Of a stretch of DNA of 64,000 nucleotides, positions 1 through 12,276 are shown piece after piece. The position numbers were made by a program, and so were the translations under genes. The stretch covers positions 746,001-810,000 of the forward strand of contig MU058153.1 in NCBI GenBank assembly GCA_013265495.1. Direction: 5' to 3'. Position 1 is the stretch's first letter, and the number at the start of each line of letters is the position of its first letter. The stretch comes from Vicugna vicugna (taxonomy: Eukaryota). The notes under the pieces were generated by a model. The model searched no databases. It was not told where the DNA came from and saw nothing but the letters and a program-made list of their open reading frames with translations.

Positions 1-109
1 GGTGTTTTGCTCATGTATTCCTTTGATACAGTCCCAGGACCTGAACTAGCCATGTCAGGGAGGGACACAGATCCAGCTCCTGCTGTGATGCTATGACTGC
101 TTGGATAAT

Positions 110-290
110 AAGAATAACAGTTGGCATAAGTATCATTATGTATCAGGCACTGGACTGAGTATTTTGTAGAGAACACCTAATTTAATCTTATAACCACCCT
201 ACGAGGTAAATGTTGTTATCCCCATTTTATAGATGAGGAGAGTCTCAGCCAAGGTCACATACTGTATGTGACAGAACTAGAATTCAAGCA
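110..290 (-). mobile_element. MIR SINE
   Basis: Reverse MIR core 'gttatccccattttatagatgagg...ccaaggtcaca...agaattcaa'. Confidence 0.8.
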
Positions 291-524
291 ACAACTTGAT
301 GAGTTGTACCTGTTGTAGGGCAGAGAGCTTGTCCAGAATTGAATTTTCTTGTTGTTTCTTGGGTGACTGGCTAATGGTGTATACTTTATAAGAGAATAAA
401 AGACCATCAAGGTGATTTCTATCTTCAACTTTGCACACAGTTTTCCAGAGCGAGGTGTCACAAACATCACTGACTATCAAGGGCAAACTTCATACCTAAT
501 CCTCCATGCCTCAAAGTTAAGTTG

Positions 525-612
525 TGTATTTGATTCAGTTTGCATTTCTTTAATGAAAAATGATCTCGAGGGTCTTTCATGTGCTTATTGGCCATCTGTA
601 TATCTTCTTGGC
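525..612 (-). mobile_element. L1 ORF2 3' fragment
   Basis: 'tttgcatttctttaatga...ttcatgtgcttattggccatctgtatatcttctt'; the minus-strand ORF reads SQEDIQMANKHMK, an L1 ORF2 C-terminal motif. Confidence 0.8.
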
Positions 613-1979
613 TGACATGTCTAATTAATGCTTTTTGAGTATCCAAGTGGTGGTTGTGTCTGAAGTTGTAATAGTCCAAAGTGAGTGTGTTTGTAGGTTT
701 AAGCACTGAAAGATTTACTGTAAACATCATGTCTCTGGCATCTTAAGGCTTTACGTCTCTAATTCTCTCCCAGACCAAGGAAGAGGAGCCATCAGACATG
801 GAGTAGGGTGATATACTGGGCATGACAGTGTTCTCTCAATTTTACCAGCCAGTCACTGACCCTGATGAACAATGCAGCTAAGTGGCCTTTGTTTTTTATG
901 TAGCTCCATGCATTTGTGATGATACTGAGGGTATTTTTCTTAGTGAGGAAACTGAATGCTCTGGAATTCATCATTGCCATTCTACAAATGAAGACATCAT
1001 CTAGGGACTTGCCAGAGAAGAGGGCATATCTTGGTAAAATTTTCTTTAAAAAGACATTGTAATTAGAAGATGAGAAACACTAGAAAGACAGTAACACACT
1101 AATTTCTACAACCACAAATTTACCTCCATTACAACAATTACTAGGTGATTGTTTTAAAAATTGAAATCACTCATGATCCGTAAAACAGAATAAAGTAAGG
1201 ATTTGGATGGGACCACACAATCTTCAGTTTGAGGAATCTGTTGTCAGCCATAAACTTAATGGAATTTTTAGAGTCAGTGGAATTGTCTTGTGGGATTTTT
1301 ATTACATGGATAAGAAAAATTTCCCCAGAGAGACCAATTTGCTATGTGGCCTTGGGCTAGCCATGTCCTAGATTGGCATATAATGCCTGGCTATTTTTTG
1401 TTGGTTTGTTTTGAGTTTCCCTGGAGAGAGCATACTTTCAAATCTTTCAAATCCATTAGTTGAGCCAAAAAAACACAACTTTACAAGATGGGCTCCTTCA
1501 CTCTTGAAGGAAAAAAAACATTTTTTTGAGGGGGGTGTATATTCCAGGATTTAGCAAATAGCTTCTTTCAGATCAGGTTCTCACTAAATATTTGTTAAGT
1601 GCATGACCTGAGGAAATACAGTGATACAGTTTCTTAAGCACATCCTTCCTTTCCTCTCCTAAGCAATGCCAAGAGTCAGAGGCTGGTAGAATTATTGGCT
1701 TCATTGCTTTTCTCTTTAGCAGCAGAGACCTTGTTAAAAAGGAATTCTATATCCAGTCAGGGAGATGTTCAGTGTGGTTTAGAACAGAATGTTACCTGCT
1801 GTGAGAAGGGAATGATTCCATGTCATCCACAAGCAGTCTGGTCAATTAAGCACCTGACTCCAAGGTGGACTGATGGAGATCCTAACCTTGAGAGCTGATG
1901 GGGAAATATTATGTTTGGTGGTTAAGTTAATGCAGAGGAAAGTTAAATGACCCAGGCTAAGATGAACAATGAGTATATT

Positions 1980-2340
1980 CTTCATTCATTCACTTAATGA
2001 ATATTTAATGCAAGGCCACTATTTGCTGGATGCTGTGGGCATAAAAAGAAACACAAAATAGAGTCTCTGATCTAAAAAAAAAGATCACATCCTATGAAGG
2101 AGGACAGGCTCAAACACTCTTAACTCTTAATTACTCTTAATTATAATGTGAAGTGATAATTCTGTACTATTGTACTATTGGTTTTTCCAGAGTCTTGTGA
2201 TTGTATACAGAGGAGGAAGCCATTGGCTTATTCATTTGAGAAGGATATAGATTTAGAGAATACACTCATAAATAATATGCCATTTGCCTTTGGCCTTGAA
2301 GGATAAGCAGAATTCGGCCAATAAAAAGAAGAGAGGAAGC
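1980..2340 (-). mobile_element. L2 LINE 3' end
   Basis: Starts with reverse L2 tail 'cattcattcacttaatgaatattta', followed by a degenerate L2 body. Confidence 0.65.
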
Positions 2341-2570
2341 CTTCTTTCAGAATTAAACCTTCAGATGTTTTTCAGTCACTTAAGTTTCCTGAATTTTATG
2401 GTCCTTAATCAAACAGGGATGATATTGGAAATGTTCACTCAATACAGCTCCATGCCAGGGACTGGACTAGGTAAAGGGCACTTGATGATTGAAGTGTTGT
2501 CCCTGTGCTTACAGTGAAATGTACAGTCCACAAAGGGAGGCAGTCATTGACAGGAAGAATCACCATAGAC

Positions 2571-2789
2571 CAAGGTCAGCTAGTTTTTTCTTTAAAGGGT
2601 TCAATAGTGCTTTAGTCTCTATGGGCCAAAATGTCTCTTGGGAGACTACTTGACTCAGCCATTGGCACATGAAAGCAGTTGTGGACAATACGTAAATGAG
2701 TGGATGTGACTGTTTTGCAATAAAACATCACTGACAAAAACAGGCTGCAGGCAAAATTTGAACTATACACTGTAGTGTGCCAGTCACTG
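2571..2789 (+). mobile_element. MER58A-like hAT-Charlie non-autonomous DNA transposon
   Basis: 'caaggtcagc...taaaggg...gaaagcagttgtggacaatacgtaaatgagtggatgtgactgttttgcaataaaac...tgtagtgtgccagtcactg'. Confidence 0.75.
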
Positions 2790-3444
2790 AAATAGAGGCG
2801 AGACAGGAGGAAAACTTGATTACTAATTATGGGTAGCTTAAAAAACAAATATGCAGTAGAAAAGAAGAACTGATCAGCTTTGTGAACCTAAAGAAAGAGA
2901 TAACCTGGGGCATGCTCAAATGACTAGAAATTGGGTTTATCCAGGACTAGCAGAGCGATTGCAGTCCGGGGAAACATATGCTCTAGCAATCTGCAGGGAG
3001 TCCCTTGAGGGTTTGGGATGGACTATGTTTCTGGGCAAGGAGTGCAAAGAGGAGGACATCCAGCCAGAATCCAAGCAGTAAGTTCACTGGCGTGGGGACG
3101 GGGAGAAATTCTTAGCAGATCTTATTGGTCAGGAGAAGTCTTGGGTCTTTTGTAAATCAGGCATTTAATGGAAATCGGTGTCTCAGGTCTTAAGTTCCAT
3201 TCTTCTGATGGTGTATGCGTAAGATTCTCCATTCCATATCTTCTGGTTTCATTTTAGGTTGAAATTCTTTCACATCTTCACTAAAAAACTCAAATGAAAA
3301 CAACCTCGTGGTGTTAGCACTTACCCTTCAGATAAGTTGAAAGTTTAATAGTCTCTCCATGCCTGAAACTTGCAACATTGTCTAAATTTGTGCAATTCTT
3401 CTTGAGAACCATCTGGCAAAAGGTAAATAAAACTTTAAAAGATA

Positions 3445-3660
3445 ACATGCATAGAGCTCCTGCTAAGTATTTGCTTTGCTCAATACATTACTTGTTTTCC
3501 TTCAGGCCTCATAACCATGATGTGGGCAATATTATTACCTCTATTTCACAAAAGAAGAAATTAAGACTCCAATTGCGAAGTCAGCTGCTCACTTAGTAAG
3601 CATCAGGTACAGAACTTGAACCTAGATCTGTCTCTAGCGTTAGCCTTCAACACACTATAC
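3445..3660 (-). mobile_element. MIR SINE
   Basis: 'cctcataaccatgatgtgggcaatattattacctctatttcacaaaagaagaaattaagactc...gaacttgaacctag'. Confidence 0.65.
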
Positions 3661-3689
3661 CATACTAGCACCATGCTAGGGAAACTTGA

Positions 3690-3950
3690 TATGTGCATTC
3701 GCTTTATTGCAGTGATTCTGCAGCCAGGAATTTATACAAAGAAAATAAGACAAGTGCATGTGATTTAAGTATGAAGTATTAAAAACTCATTAAATGTCCA
3801 TTAATGAGAAATGAGTAACTAAAATAATCCATTTATTCAATTAAATATAATATAGCTTTGGAAAGGGTAAGGTAGAGCTATGGCTATAGAAATGAAAAGA
3901 TGGCTGTGACCAGGCTGAGTAAATTAACAGCCTGTGTATTAATTTGTATT
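3690..3950 (+). mobile_element. Old L1M (L1ME-like) 3' UTR fragment, host of the younger L1
   Basis: 'taaatgtccattaatgagaaatgagtaactaaaataatcc' resembles the L1 3' UTR motif aaatgtccatcaa...gaatgg. Confidence 0.45.
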
Positions 3951-4007
3951 GTGTGACCCCATATAATATAATTATATATGACCCCATGTGTATATAATTA
4001 ATATATG

Positions 4008-5355
4008 AAGACTGTCTCGTTGGCAAGTGGTGTTGGGAAGGCAGGACAGCCTCATGTAAATCAATGAAATTAGAACACTCCCTCACACTATACACAAAAA
4101 TAAACTCAAAATGGCTTAAAGACTTAAATATGAGACAGGACACCATAAAACTCCTAGAAGAGAACATGGGCAAAACATTCTGTGACATAAATCGTAGCAA
4201 TGTTCTCCTAGGCGGTTTACCCAGGCAATAGAAATAAAAGCAAAAATAAACCAATGAAAACTAATCAAACTTTAAGCTTTTGCACAGCAAAGGAAACCAA
4301 AAACAAAACAAAAAGACAGCCTACAGAATGGGAGAAAATATCTGCCAATGATGTAACTGACAAGACCTTCATTTCCAAAATATACAAGCAACTCATACAA
4401 CTCAATGACAACGACAAAAAACCCCATCAAAAAATGGGCAGAAGATCTAAACAGACATTTCCTCCAAAGAAGACATACTGATGGCCAACAGGCACATAAA
4501 AAGATGCTCAACATTGCTAATTATTACAGAAATGCAAATCAAAACTACAACAAGGTATCACCTTACACCAGTCAGAATGGTCATCATTAAAAAGTCAACA
4601 AATGATAAATGCTAGAGAGGGTGTGGAGAAAAGAGAACTCTCCAACACCGTTGGTGGAAATGTAATTTGGTGCAGCCACTGTGGAAAACAGTATGGAGGT
4701 TCCTTAAAAACTAAAAATTGACTTACCATATGATCCAACAATCCCACTCCTGGGCACATATCCAGACAAAACTCCAATTTGAAAAGATGCATGCACCCCA
4801 GTGTTCCTAGCAGCACCTATTTACAATAGCCAAGACATGGAAGCAGTCTAAATGTCCATCAATAGATGAGTGGATAAAGAAGTTGTGGTATATGTATATG
4901 ATGAAATACTACTCAGCCATAAAAAAGAATGAAATAATGCCATTTGCAGTAACATTGTTGGACCTAGACATTATCATACTAAGTGAAATAAGTCAGAGAA
5001 AGACAAATGTCATATGATATCAGTGATATGTGTAATGTAAAGAATGATACAAATGAACTTATTTCCAAAACAGAAACAGAATCACAGACATAGAAATCAA
5101 ATTTAAGGGTGCTAAAATGGAAAGGGTGGTAGAGATAAATTAGAAGTTTGGATTAGCAGTTTCAAACTACTATATATGAAATAGATAAACAATAAGGTCC
5201 TACTGTATAGCACAGGGAACTATATTAAATATCTTGTAATAACCTAAATGAAAAACATATGAAAAATAAAATATATATGTATAACTGAATCACTTTGCTA
5301 TACATCAGAAACTAACACAACATTGTAAATTATAGTTTAATTAAAAAGTAAATAA
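4008..5355 (+). mobile_element. 5'-truncated L1 (cetartiodactyl type): ORF2 C-terminus, 3' UTR and A-rich tail; frameshifted
   Basis: ORF2 peptides SFCTAKET..KRQPTEWEKI, ISKIYKQL and [14 protein letters not shown] lie in different frames; 3' UTR 'aaggtcctactgtatagcacagggaactatatt...aactgaatcactttgct..caacattgtaaat'. Confidence 0.95.
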
Positions 5356-6134
5356 ATTTTTAAAGGTTTGTAATGTAAGGAAAAATACATAGTACAACAT
5401 ATTAATGCTTGGATACATTGAAAAAGCTTAAATATGCGTCAGATCCATAACATTGCTTATCCAATGGGTGTGGGAATACATATTTGACTCTATACATGGC
5501 TGTGTATATTTAAGCAAACATGCCTGAATGATGTTTTTACTAGTTTAGGATATTTCTGCTTGGGGGCAGGTGGAATTAGGAATAAACTCTTTCTTTCCGA
5601 TTTTGCATTATTTTCTTGGATTCTGAACTGGTGTCTGGAGTGTCTTGTCCTCTGTCAAATCACATTTCAATGGCCTTTTGCTGCTTTGGGGCTGTCTTGG
5701 AAAGCAATCAATGTGTACCCTTGCTTACAGCCATTTTATTCCCAGTTGAAAGCTACAGCAGAGTAGTTTGAACATTACACTTCATCTTGAGCAGCTCTGG
5801 TTTATGCTTTCATTCACTTTTGTTCAACATCGTTTCCATCTTCCCTGGTGCTTCAGTTGGATATGGGTGAGGTGATAGGGCTGAAATGTCCCTGGACGTC
5901 CTCTGGTTTGGAAGTAGTGATCACTGCAAGTGACACTGATCCAGTGGCATCCTTTTAGTTTTCTGATTCTTTCAAACTCTGGAAAGTGTGCTCATGGAAC
6001 TCAAACAATGTTACAAACAAGTTAATAATCTCTTTGACAATGCTGAAAATGACGTATGGAAGCTGACTTGACCCAGGATATGGTAGAATAACCTGAAAAG
6101 GATACTTTACATGTCAGGTCTTCCCTCTCAATTG

Positions 6135-6312
6135 CTGTTTCTCAGCTTCAGTGGCACTTTCGAAACAACAGGAAAGCCTGTAGAGAGTTCAGATGGTTCT
6201 GTACCCAGAGAGTATGATTTCATTAGTCTGGGGTGGGGTCTAGACTAACGATTAGATGGCTTAAGCATTTCCTGGGTAATCGTGATCTGGAGCTGGAACT
6301 GGCAACCACTGT
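6135..6312. mobile_element. MER5-like hAT-Charlie element
   Basis: Ends 'ctgtttctca' and 'gcaaccactg'; internal 'cccagagagtatgatttcattagtctggggtgggg'. Confidence 0.6.
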
Positions 6313-7389
6313 TCGAACTCCTTTATTTGGGGGATTACCCTTTGGATAAGTTATTTCAGAGAACAAATCTCCCAACCTCCTGATGGGTCTCTCATCTTCA
6401 GTGGAAACATCACTATTTTCAACCTATGTCACTTTCCTTTAGAGTCAATAAAGCAGTGAAAAAGCTTTGCATATGAATACATAGTAGCAGGCTTTCTTTT
6501 TAAATGTTTATTTATTTACTGATCTATCAGACCATGCATTACTCCTCAAAGAATTGAAGGTCACAAAGACATTTTTATTAGAGCAAACACAGTAGATGGT
6601 CTTCTTGATCCTTTAATTAAAGTTCTTGCTTATTAGCTCTGGAAAAGCATGCTTTCATGTTGCTCAAAGAATATGTGGATTCTATTACTTTTTGAGTTTT
6701 GCTTCTATTTTAACACATTTGTCGAAGTTCAGGATCAGAATCATTGAAACCTGTTACATTCTGCATTGGCTTCAGAGATATTATGGTAACATTTTTGATA
6801 AAAGAACAACCTTTCTGCCTTATCTCAGACTTCTCCCTCAGTCTCCCTTTCCCTGCCACCGAAATAAAAAGTGGGAATAAGAAAGGAGTATGTCTTAAAT
6901 TTTTTGTAACTCAGAGACATAAATTATCCTTATAAAGATCTAACTTATTATTCTACCAATAATCAGAATATATTTCTTGGCTTCTGAAATTGATGATACA
7001 AACACTGCCTTTCTGCACTATACATGAGGAAATGCTTGTTTTTGTTAAACTGTATTTGTATAAGTCATTATCATAGTAGCTTAGCACTTTGACGAGCACA
7101 TGATTTTAACACAAAACAACTCTCACTCTTCAAGTTGAATTTTAATGTCTTTCTTTTTCTCAAAACATAGAGCACTTCGATTGATTTTCATTTGTGAGCT
7201 TTTTGTTGTTGTTAGCAGAGGTGATCTAGAGAATGCCCAGGCTCTCCGCAATTAGTCTTTATAAGTGTGCACAAAGCTCAACAGCTTATTGGAATCTCAT
7301 TGCAAAGAGTGGGAAGTCTCTGTCCCATTCTAACAAAGGCACCGTCAGCAAGGTCACAGGAGCCACACCCCTGATAAGCACTAGACTCT

Positions 7390-7545
7390 TGGTCCCAAAA
7401 GAGTAGCTCTCAGACCAGCAGCATCAGCATCACCTGAAAACTTGTTAGAAATGTGGATTTTGGTCCCAACCCCAGACCCACTGAACCAAAAACTCTGACA
7501 GTGGGTCCCAGAAACTCAGGTTTTAACAAGCCCTCCAAGTGCGTC
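7390..7545. mobile_element. MER5A hAT-Charlie element
   Basis: 'cagaccagcagcatcagcatcacctgaaaacttgttagaaatg...ttttaacaagccctccaagtg'. Confidence 0.85.
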
Positions 7546-8510
7546 TACTGCGCCATGAAGGCTAAGCTCTGCTCTCCTCTAGACTGGGAGCTCCCTGAAG
7601 GCGGTGTCATGGATGCCCCACCACCCCTGTGTCCCTAATGTCTAGGAGACAGACGGAATTGGTGTGTAAATGGAAGAATTTACTCTGCAAATAGCAGGAG
7701 TTGGAAACCTATGAACTGACAGCAAGTAAATGCACGCTGATACCTGCAAGATACATGATGGTGAGAAATCAGGGTGAGCTAGCTCGGGACTTTCATGAAT
7801 GTGAGTTCTACAGGAATACCAAAGAATAATGTCAGGTCTACAATTTCTTATCAGATCTTTTTTTAAAAAAATCTTGCCTTGAACCATATCATTTTAAGGA
7901 ATAATCTGTATTAACATTAATACATGGACTAATCCCAATATCTTTGAACCGATATTTGACCTAAATCATGACCAGTGAGTTAACTCACTTTCCAATAGCA
8001 TATCTGATCATTTGTAGGTAAATTAAAATTAATGCCACTTAGCCAGTTGATGTAAACAATTGAAGCCTTGCGTTAGTGCTTTGAAACTTTTTTGAGCAGT
8101 TGGATCCTTTTCTTTGAGTGCAGTTTTACTCAGAAGCTCTGTATATCAAATAGTTCAAACAGAATGGCTCTGGGTGGAGCAGGCGAGGATATTGGCACCA
8201 GTCTCCTCTCCCGGCTGTGCTGGAGCCTGTGTCGTTGGTGGTTGGGAGTCGAGGGCCATTGCAGACACAAGAAACATAGTTTAATATTCCTTGTACCAGG
8301 AAAACACTTTCGGACCTGCATGGCTTCAGGTGATATTTATGTAATGCTTTATGTTTTTCAGAGGACTTGTGCTTTGAAATCACTTTTAACTGTTGTTGAC
8401 AACTGATGAGTCATGTCAGTTGTGACATACCAGGCCAACTGGATATCTGGATATCATAAATATTCCTGAAACTTCCCCTCCTTTGGCCCTCACTATCCAA
8501 GTGGTAACTT

Positions 8511-8569
8511 ACATATATATACATGTATATGTATATGTATGTGGGTGTGTATATGGGTGTGATGGGTAA

Positions 8570-8615
<46 letters not shown>
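8511..8615. repeat. Compound TA/TG microsatellite, pure (TG)n at 8583-8615
   Basis: Read directly. Confidence 0.95.
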
Positions 8616-8617
<2 letters not shown>

Positions 8618-8695
8618 TCTTTTCTAGTCTTCAGTAGCTAATGAAAAACTGTATCACCTGGCCATTTTCCTCCCTAATTCCTTAGCAACTTTATC

Positions 8696-9355
8696 TGTGG
8701 CAAATAAAAAGCAAATCCTGGAGAGACTGAATTGCGAGGTTATTGAGAGAGAAGGGTAGAACTGGGGCGAGGAGGGCCGTTGCGACAGGGAGGATGCTTA
8801 GACATGAGATCTGCAAACGTGGCAAAGCTGGGCAGAAAGAGGCTTTTCTTTTCTAGGAAGGAGTCCACAACGCTGTGAAGAACTAGGTGTGGGGAAGTGT
8901 GAGGAATCAGAGGAATCAGACGAACAGGTGGAGGTGGCCTGATCAGACTATAAATTAGGGAATGTTGTAGCCAGAAGTGGACCTCTTGTTAGGAGCAGTT
9001 GTTAAAGAAATGTTATGTGTTGGCTCAGGCTGAATGTGGGCCGATGTTCAGGGACCTCAGGGAAGAAGACAACCAAAGTTTGGTTAACAAACATTAACCA
9101 AATCTGATTGATCAGTGAAGACAAAGCAGTATAGAGAATCATTTATGGAGCGAAAACTGGGAATTTGAAGAGTCTGTGTCTGGTCTTATTATAGGTAAAT
9201 ATGAATCTTATATTGAATCTTATCTAAGTCATGTGGGGAAAGGTGGTTCCCAATAGGAAGGTGATTCCCAGAACACAAAAAGAGGGGGAGGTGGGATTTC
9301 CTAACCTTCAGTGTTTTCCAGGATCACAGGACTTGGATACAATTTTGCATCGTTA
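8696..9355 (-). mobile_element. Solo LTR, ERV1-like
   Basis: Begins TG; purine-rich reverse U5-like start; ends 'gggatttcctaaccttcagtgttttccaggatcacagg...catcgtta', typical of reverse ERV1 (MER4-group) LTRs; about 660 bp. Confidence 0.55.
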
Positions 9356-9639
9356 TCTGTTACATATACCATCTTAAGTACTCCTCATTAAGTGAGAATA
9401 ATAAGTTTTTGCCATTTTATAGATGAAGAAGCTGCAGTTCAAAAGGACTAAAGAATAGGCTTGACATCACAATGCAAACGTTCAGCTGCAAATCTGGGGG
9501 CTAGTTTCTCTCTGCTCTGATGTCACAGAAAACATGGAGGTCAGGGAGACGGACCGAAGGGCCGTCTTCTATACCTAGAGCTTAGAACTGCCCAGGTCAG
9601 AAAGCACTTTCCTAGCACAAAAATAATTTAAACTATGCC

Positions 9640-9830
9640 TCCCTTAATCCCAGTGCCCCCCACCCCACCCCCGCAACAGTCTCCAATACCACCGAAGGGG
9701 AGACCGCTAGCGGCCGCCCTGCCTGCTCCAAGCGGAGCGGTTTGCTGTAACTGTTTGACACATAGAGCTTCTGACTGTAATTCATTGAAAGAAAGAGATC
9801 CAACTGCTTAAACACTTTTGCAGAGTATTA
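9640..9830 (+). promoter_or_regulatory. Small CpG/GC-rich patch, candidate alternative promoter or enhancer
   Basis: C-tracts (CCCCACCC boxes); a local CpG cluster 'accgctagcggccgccc...gcggagcgg' in CpG-poor DNA; forkhead-like TGTTTGAC and TAAACA; unique sequence upstream of a candidate exon. Confidence 0.35.
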
Positions 9831-10149
9831 ACCAAAGGCTTCACTCTGACCCAAAACATTTCCTGGATTAACCTGAGGATTCTGCTGGCTAGATTCCTAG
9901 ATTCTAGGAGTTTACTGGACTTTTTGGTGCTTGGATAACGTATTGAGCAAAACCCAGAATTCTAGGTCTGTTTTTCTTTTCTCCTAAACCTAGACTTTTT
10001 CACTGGCCTGTTTTTCTTCAATCTCCTCTGTATTATCTCCATCTTCCTATTTTGGTCATTGAAAATAATGTTGTGTAGACCTCTCCCACCTGGATCGGAC
10101 ATTTCGAGAGTAATTATCCCAGGAGATAAATGCCACGTTTTGATTGCAG

Positions 10150-10210
10150 ATATGAGCAAGCATGTCATATATGGAAAGGCACAGCTTAGTTGATCGAATT
10201 TATGTTGCTG
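10150..10210 (+). other. Candidate exon (61 nt) with ATG at 10162, MSYMERHSLVDRIYVA, phase-1 donor
   Basis: Acceptor 'ttttgattgcag|', consensus donor 'CTG|gtaagt'; ATG has A at -3; peptide not recognised. Confidence 0.35.
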
Positions 10211-10956
10211 GTAAGTCCCTGGCTGTAAATTAGTTTTACCTTTGTGACTGTTTTCTTACTGGTTGTTATTCTTCCCTTAAAAGGCAGAGTTGATTCCAGC
10301 TGTACAATCTTGTTTGTTATCATTTCCCGCTTATTTTTAGAAATAGCTTTTAAGTGCTCAAACAGATAAGGAAGTACCACTTTTGTATATGGTTTTTTAA
10401 CCATGTCTGCTTTTTAGGAAGATAAATGCAGCCGTTCCACACTCCTCCCTTAAAACAAAATAAATAAACCAGTCCCAGATAGCTTCTGAACATAATCACA
10501 AATGGAAAGATTGGTTTGCATCCTACATGACTTCCAGGAGGAAGCAAAGTGTTCTCAAGATTTAGAAGCTCTCTCTAAAAATGTTCTTTGTTATGTTTTA
10601 AAAGGAAGCTTAATTACAAAGAAAAGCTTTAGTCCTTCCTTGGGGAATAGTATTTTTATAATGATAATAGTCTTTTCATACAGTAATTCTTTTATAGATA
10701 AAGGATGCTTGTGTTGGAAGCCTTTGGAACTTACTGAAATGCATACGTCCCCAGTGGGTTTTCAGCATATCCTTTCAGGGAGGAAGATGGATACAATCAT
10801 GAGAGCTGACATCTGGTACAACCAGATATTTTCAGTTTAGTCTTCACAGAGGTCTGTTTTCAATGACTTCTAGAGATTGCCTTATATATATTTTGGTTAC
10901 AGGACTATAATGAGTCTTAGATACCATTTTCACGTCCCGTTTAACCTCTCTTTCAG

Positions 10957-10989
10957 TATTTGGATCTGATGCAGAACTTCCTTTATACT
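10957..10989 (+). other. Candidate 33-nt exon
   Basis: 'ttaacctctctttcag|TATTTG...TATACT|gtaagt'; open in phase 0 (YLDLMQNFLYT) and phase 1 (xFGSDAELPLY). Confidence 0.3.
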
Positions 10990-11393
10990 GTAAGTCCACC
11001 CTGCTGTCAAAGCGCTCCTCCCCAAGGAGTGTTGATGGAGGCCACTGAGCCAGTCCCCCTCACGCATCACCTCTGCCACCTTAGACCGGAGGCCTGGAGA
11101 CCACACTCACCCTCACCTGCAGCGACTGTTCTGCCAGCCACTCACAGATCTTTCTCTCAGTGGTGTCCCACCACCATCGGTGTCAGAGCCAGTTGCAGCT
11201 TCCGGGTCCAACCATCTCAAGACATTGAAGCGTGCTTAGCCAACCAAAGGCAAGCCTCTGTTCGAAGGAACTGCTCTAAGGGGCTTGAGAGGTCAGCAGA
11301 GGCGAGTGCCCAGCATATGAATCTCATTGCTCCAAACGCAAACTTGTAGTAGTTCCCTTGGGTTCTGGGGAACTGAGTAATTTCTCTCTAACA
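10989..11393. mobile_element. Possible ancient LTR remnant
   Basis: GC-richer block of about 400 bp starting TGTAAG and ending TAACA; family not recognised. Confidence 0.3.
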
Positions 11394-11862
11394 TTAGAAA
11401 CCATTTGTCGAGTTCAACTCACAAAATATGAAGCAAGTAAGTAAATGAATGAAGAGCGAATGAAAGAAATGGTAGAAGCCCTTCTCAGAGCCCCAGTATA
11501 ATAGCTTCGTCTGAAAAGCGATTTCCCTTACAACCATCTTTCCAGGTGGCATGTGCAGGGCAGCTGAGAGAAAAAGAGGACACTTGGTACCTGCAGTAGC
11601 CTTTCTTGCCTCCTACCTGGGTCCAAAACCCAGAGGTGGCTCCTCCCGCTTATAATAACAGTTTTGCCATAATTTCTGCACCAGACTGATGGACTCCCCA
11701 GATTCTGGTATTTCTCACTTTTGGGGAAATGTTTGGAGGCTGACAGAAATGACAACAAAACTGTTGGTAGATACCTCGTTTGTTTTATTTATCCTGTTTC
11801 TGCCACATGTTTTCATGGGTCAGCTGTCATCTGAACAGCTCTGATTATATATTTTAATTGTT

Positions 11863-11932
11863 TTTTTTAACATTTTTTATTGATTTATAATCATTTTACA
11901 ATGTTGTGTCAAATTCCAGTGTTCAGCACAAT
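11863..11932 (-). mobile_element. Very short young camelid-type L1 3' tail with target-site duplication
   Basis: 'ttttaacattttttattgatttataatcattttacaatgttgtgtcaaattccagtgttcagcacaa'; flanked by tatattttaattgtt (11848-11862) and tatatttcaattgtt (11933-11947). Confidence 0.8.
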
Positions 11933-12005
11933 TATATTTCAATTGTTAATTTTAATTGTTAATTTAAACCTCAAAATGCCTACCAGACCAGCACCCTCGC
12001 TTTTA

Positions 12006-12276
12006 TGTCATTAATGATGAGAGATTCTCTTTTCAGCTTTTTCGCGACTCAAGTGAACCCATCCTCTCAGAACTTTCTGTGATGATGAACAGAAAATGCT
12101 GTATAAGCGTATGAGTGATCAGGGATGAAACAGTTGTTGAGTGTCATTAATGATGAGAGATTCTCTTTTCAGCTTTTTTTGCAACTCAGGTGAACCCATC
12201 CTCTCAGAACTTTCTGTGATGATGAACAGAAAATGCTGTATAAGCGTATGAGTGATCAGGGATGAAACAGTTGTTG
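12006..12276. repeat. Tandem duplication, period 136 bp (12006-12139 and 12142-12276)
   Basis: Copies differ by 3 substitutions and 1 indel; 2-nt 'ag' spacer. Confidence 0.97.

Noticed and set aside
3841..4816. Longest ORFs in the track (137 aa on the minus strand and neighbours)
   Set aside because: They are sense and antisense readings of a frameshifted L1 ORF2 fragment, not a cellular gene
10960..11349. 129-aa ORF
   Set aside because: TTG start, no recognisable domain, and it lies in a GC-richer, probably LTR-derived block where stops are rarer
12006..12276. Tandem box C/D snoRNA pair (several TGATGA motifs)
   Set aside because: No CTGA box D in the unit and no terminal stem; 'agaactttctgtgatgatg' also resembles a MER3-type fragment
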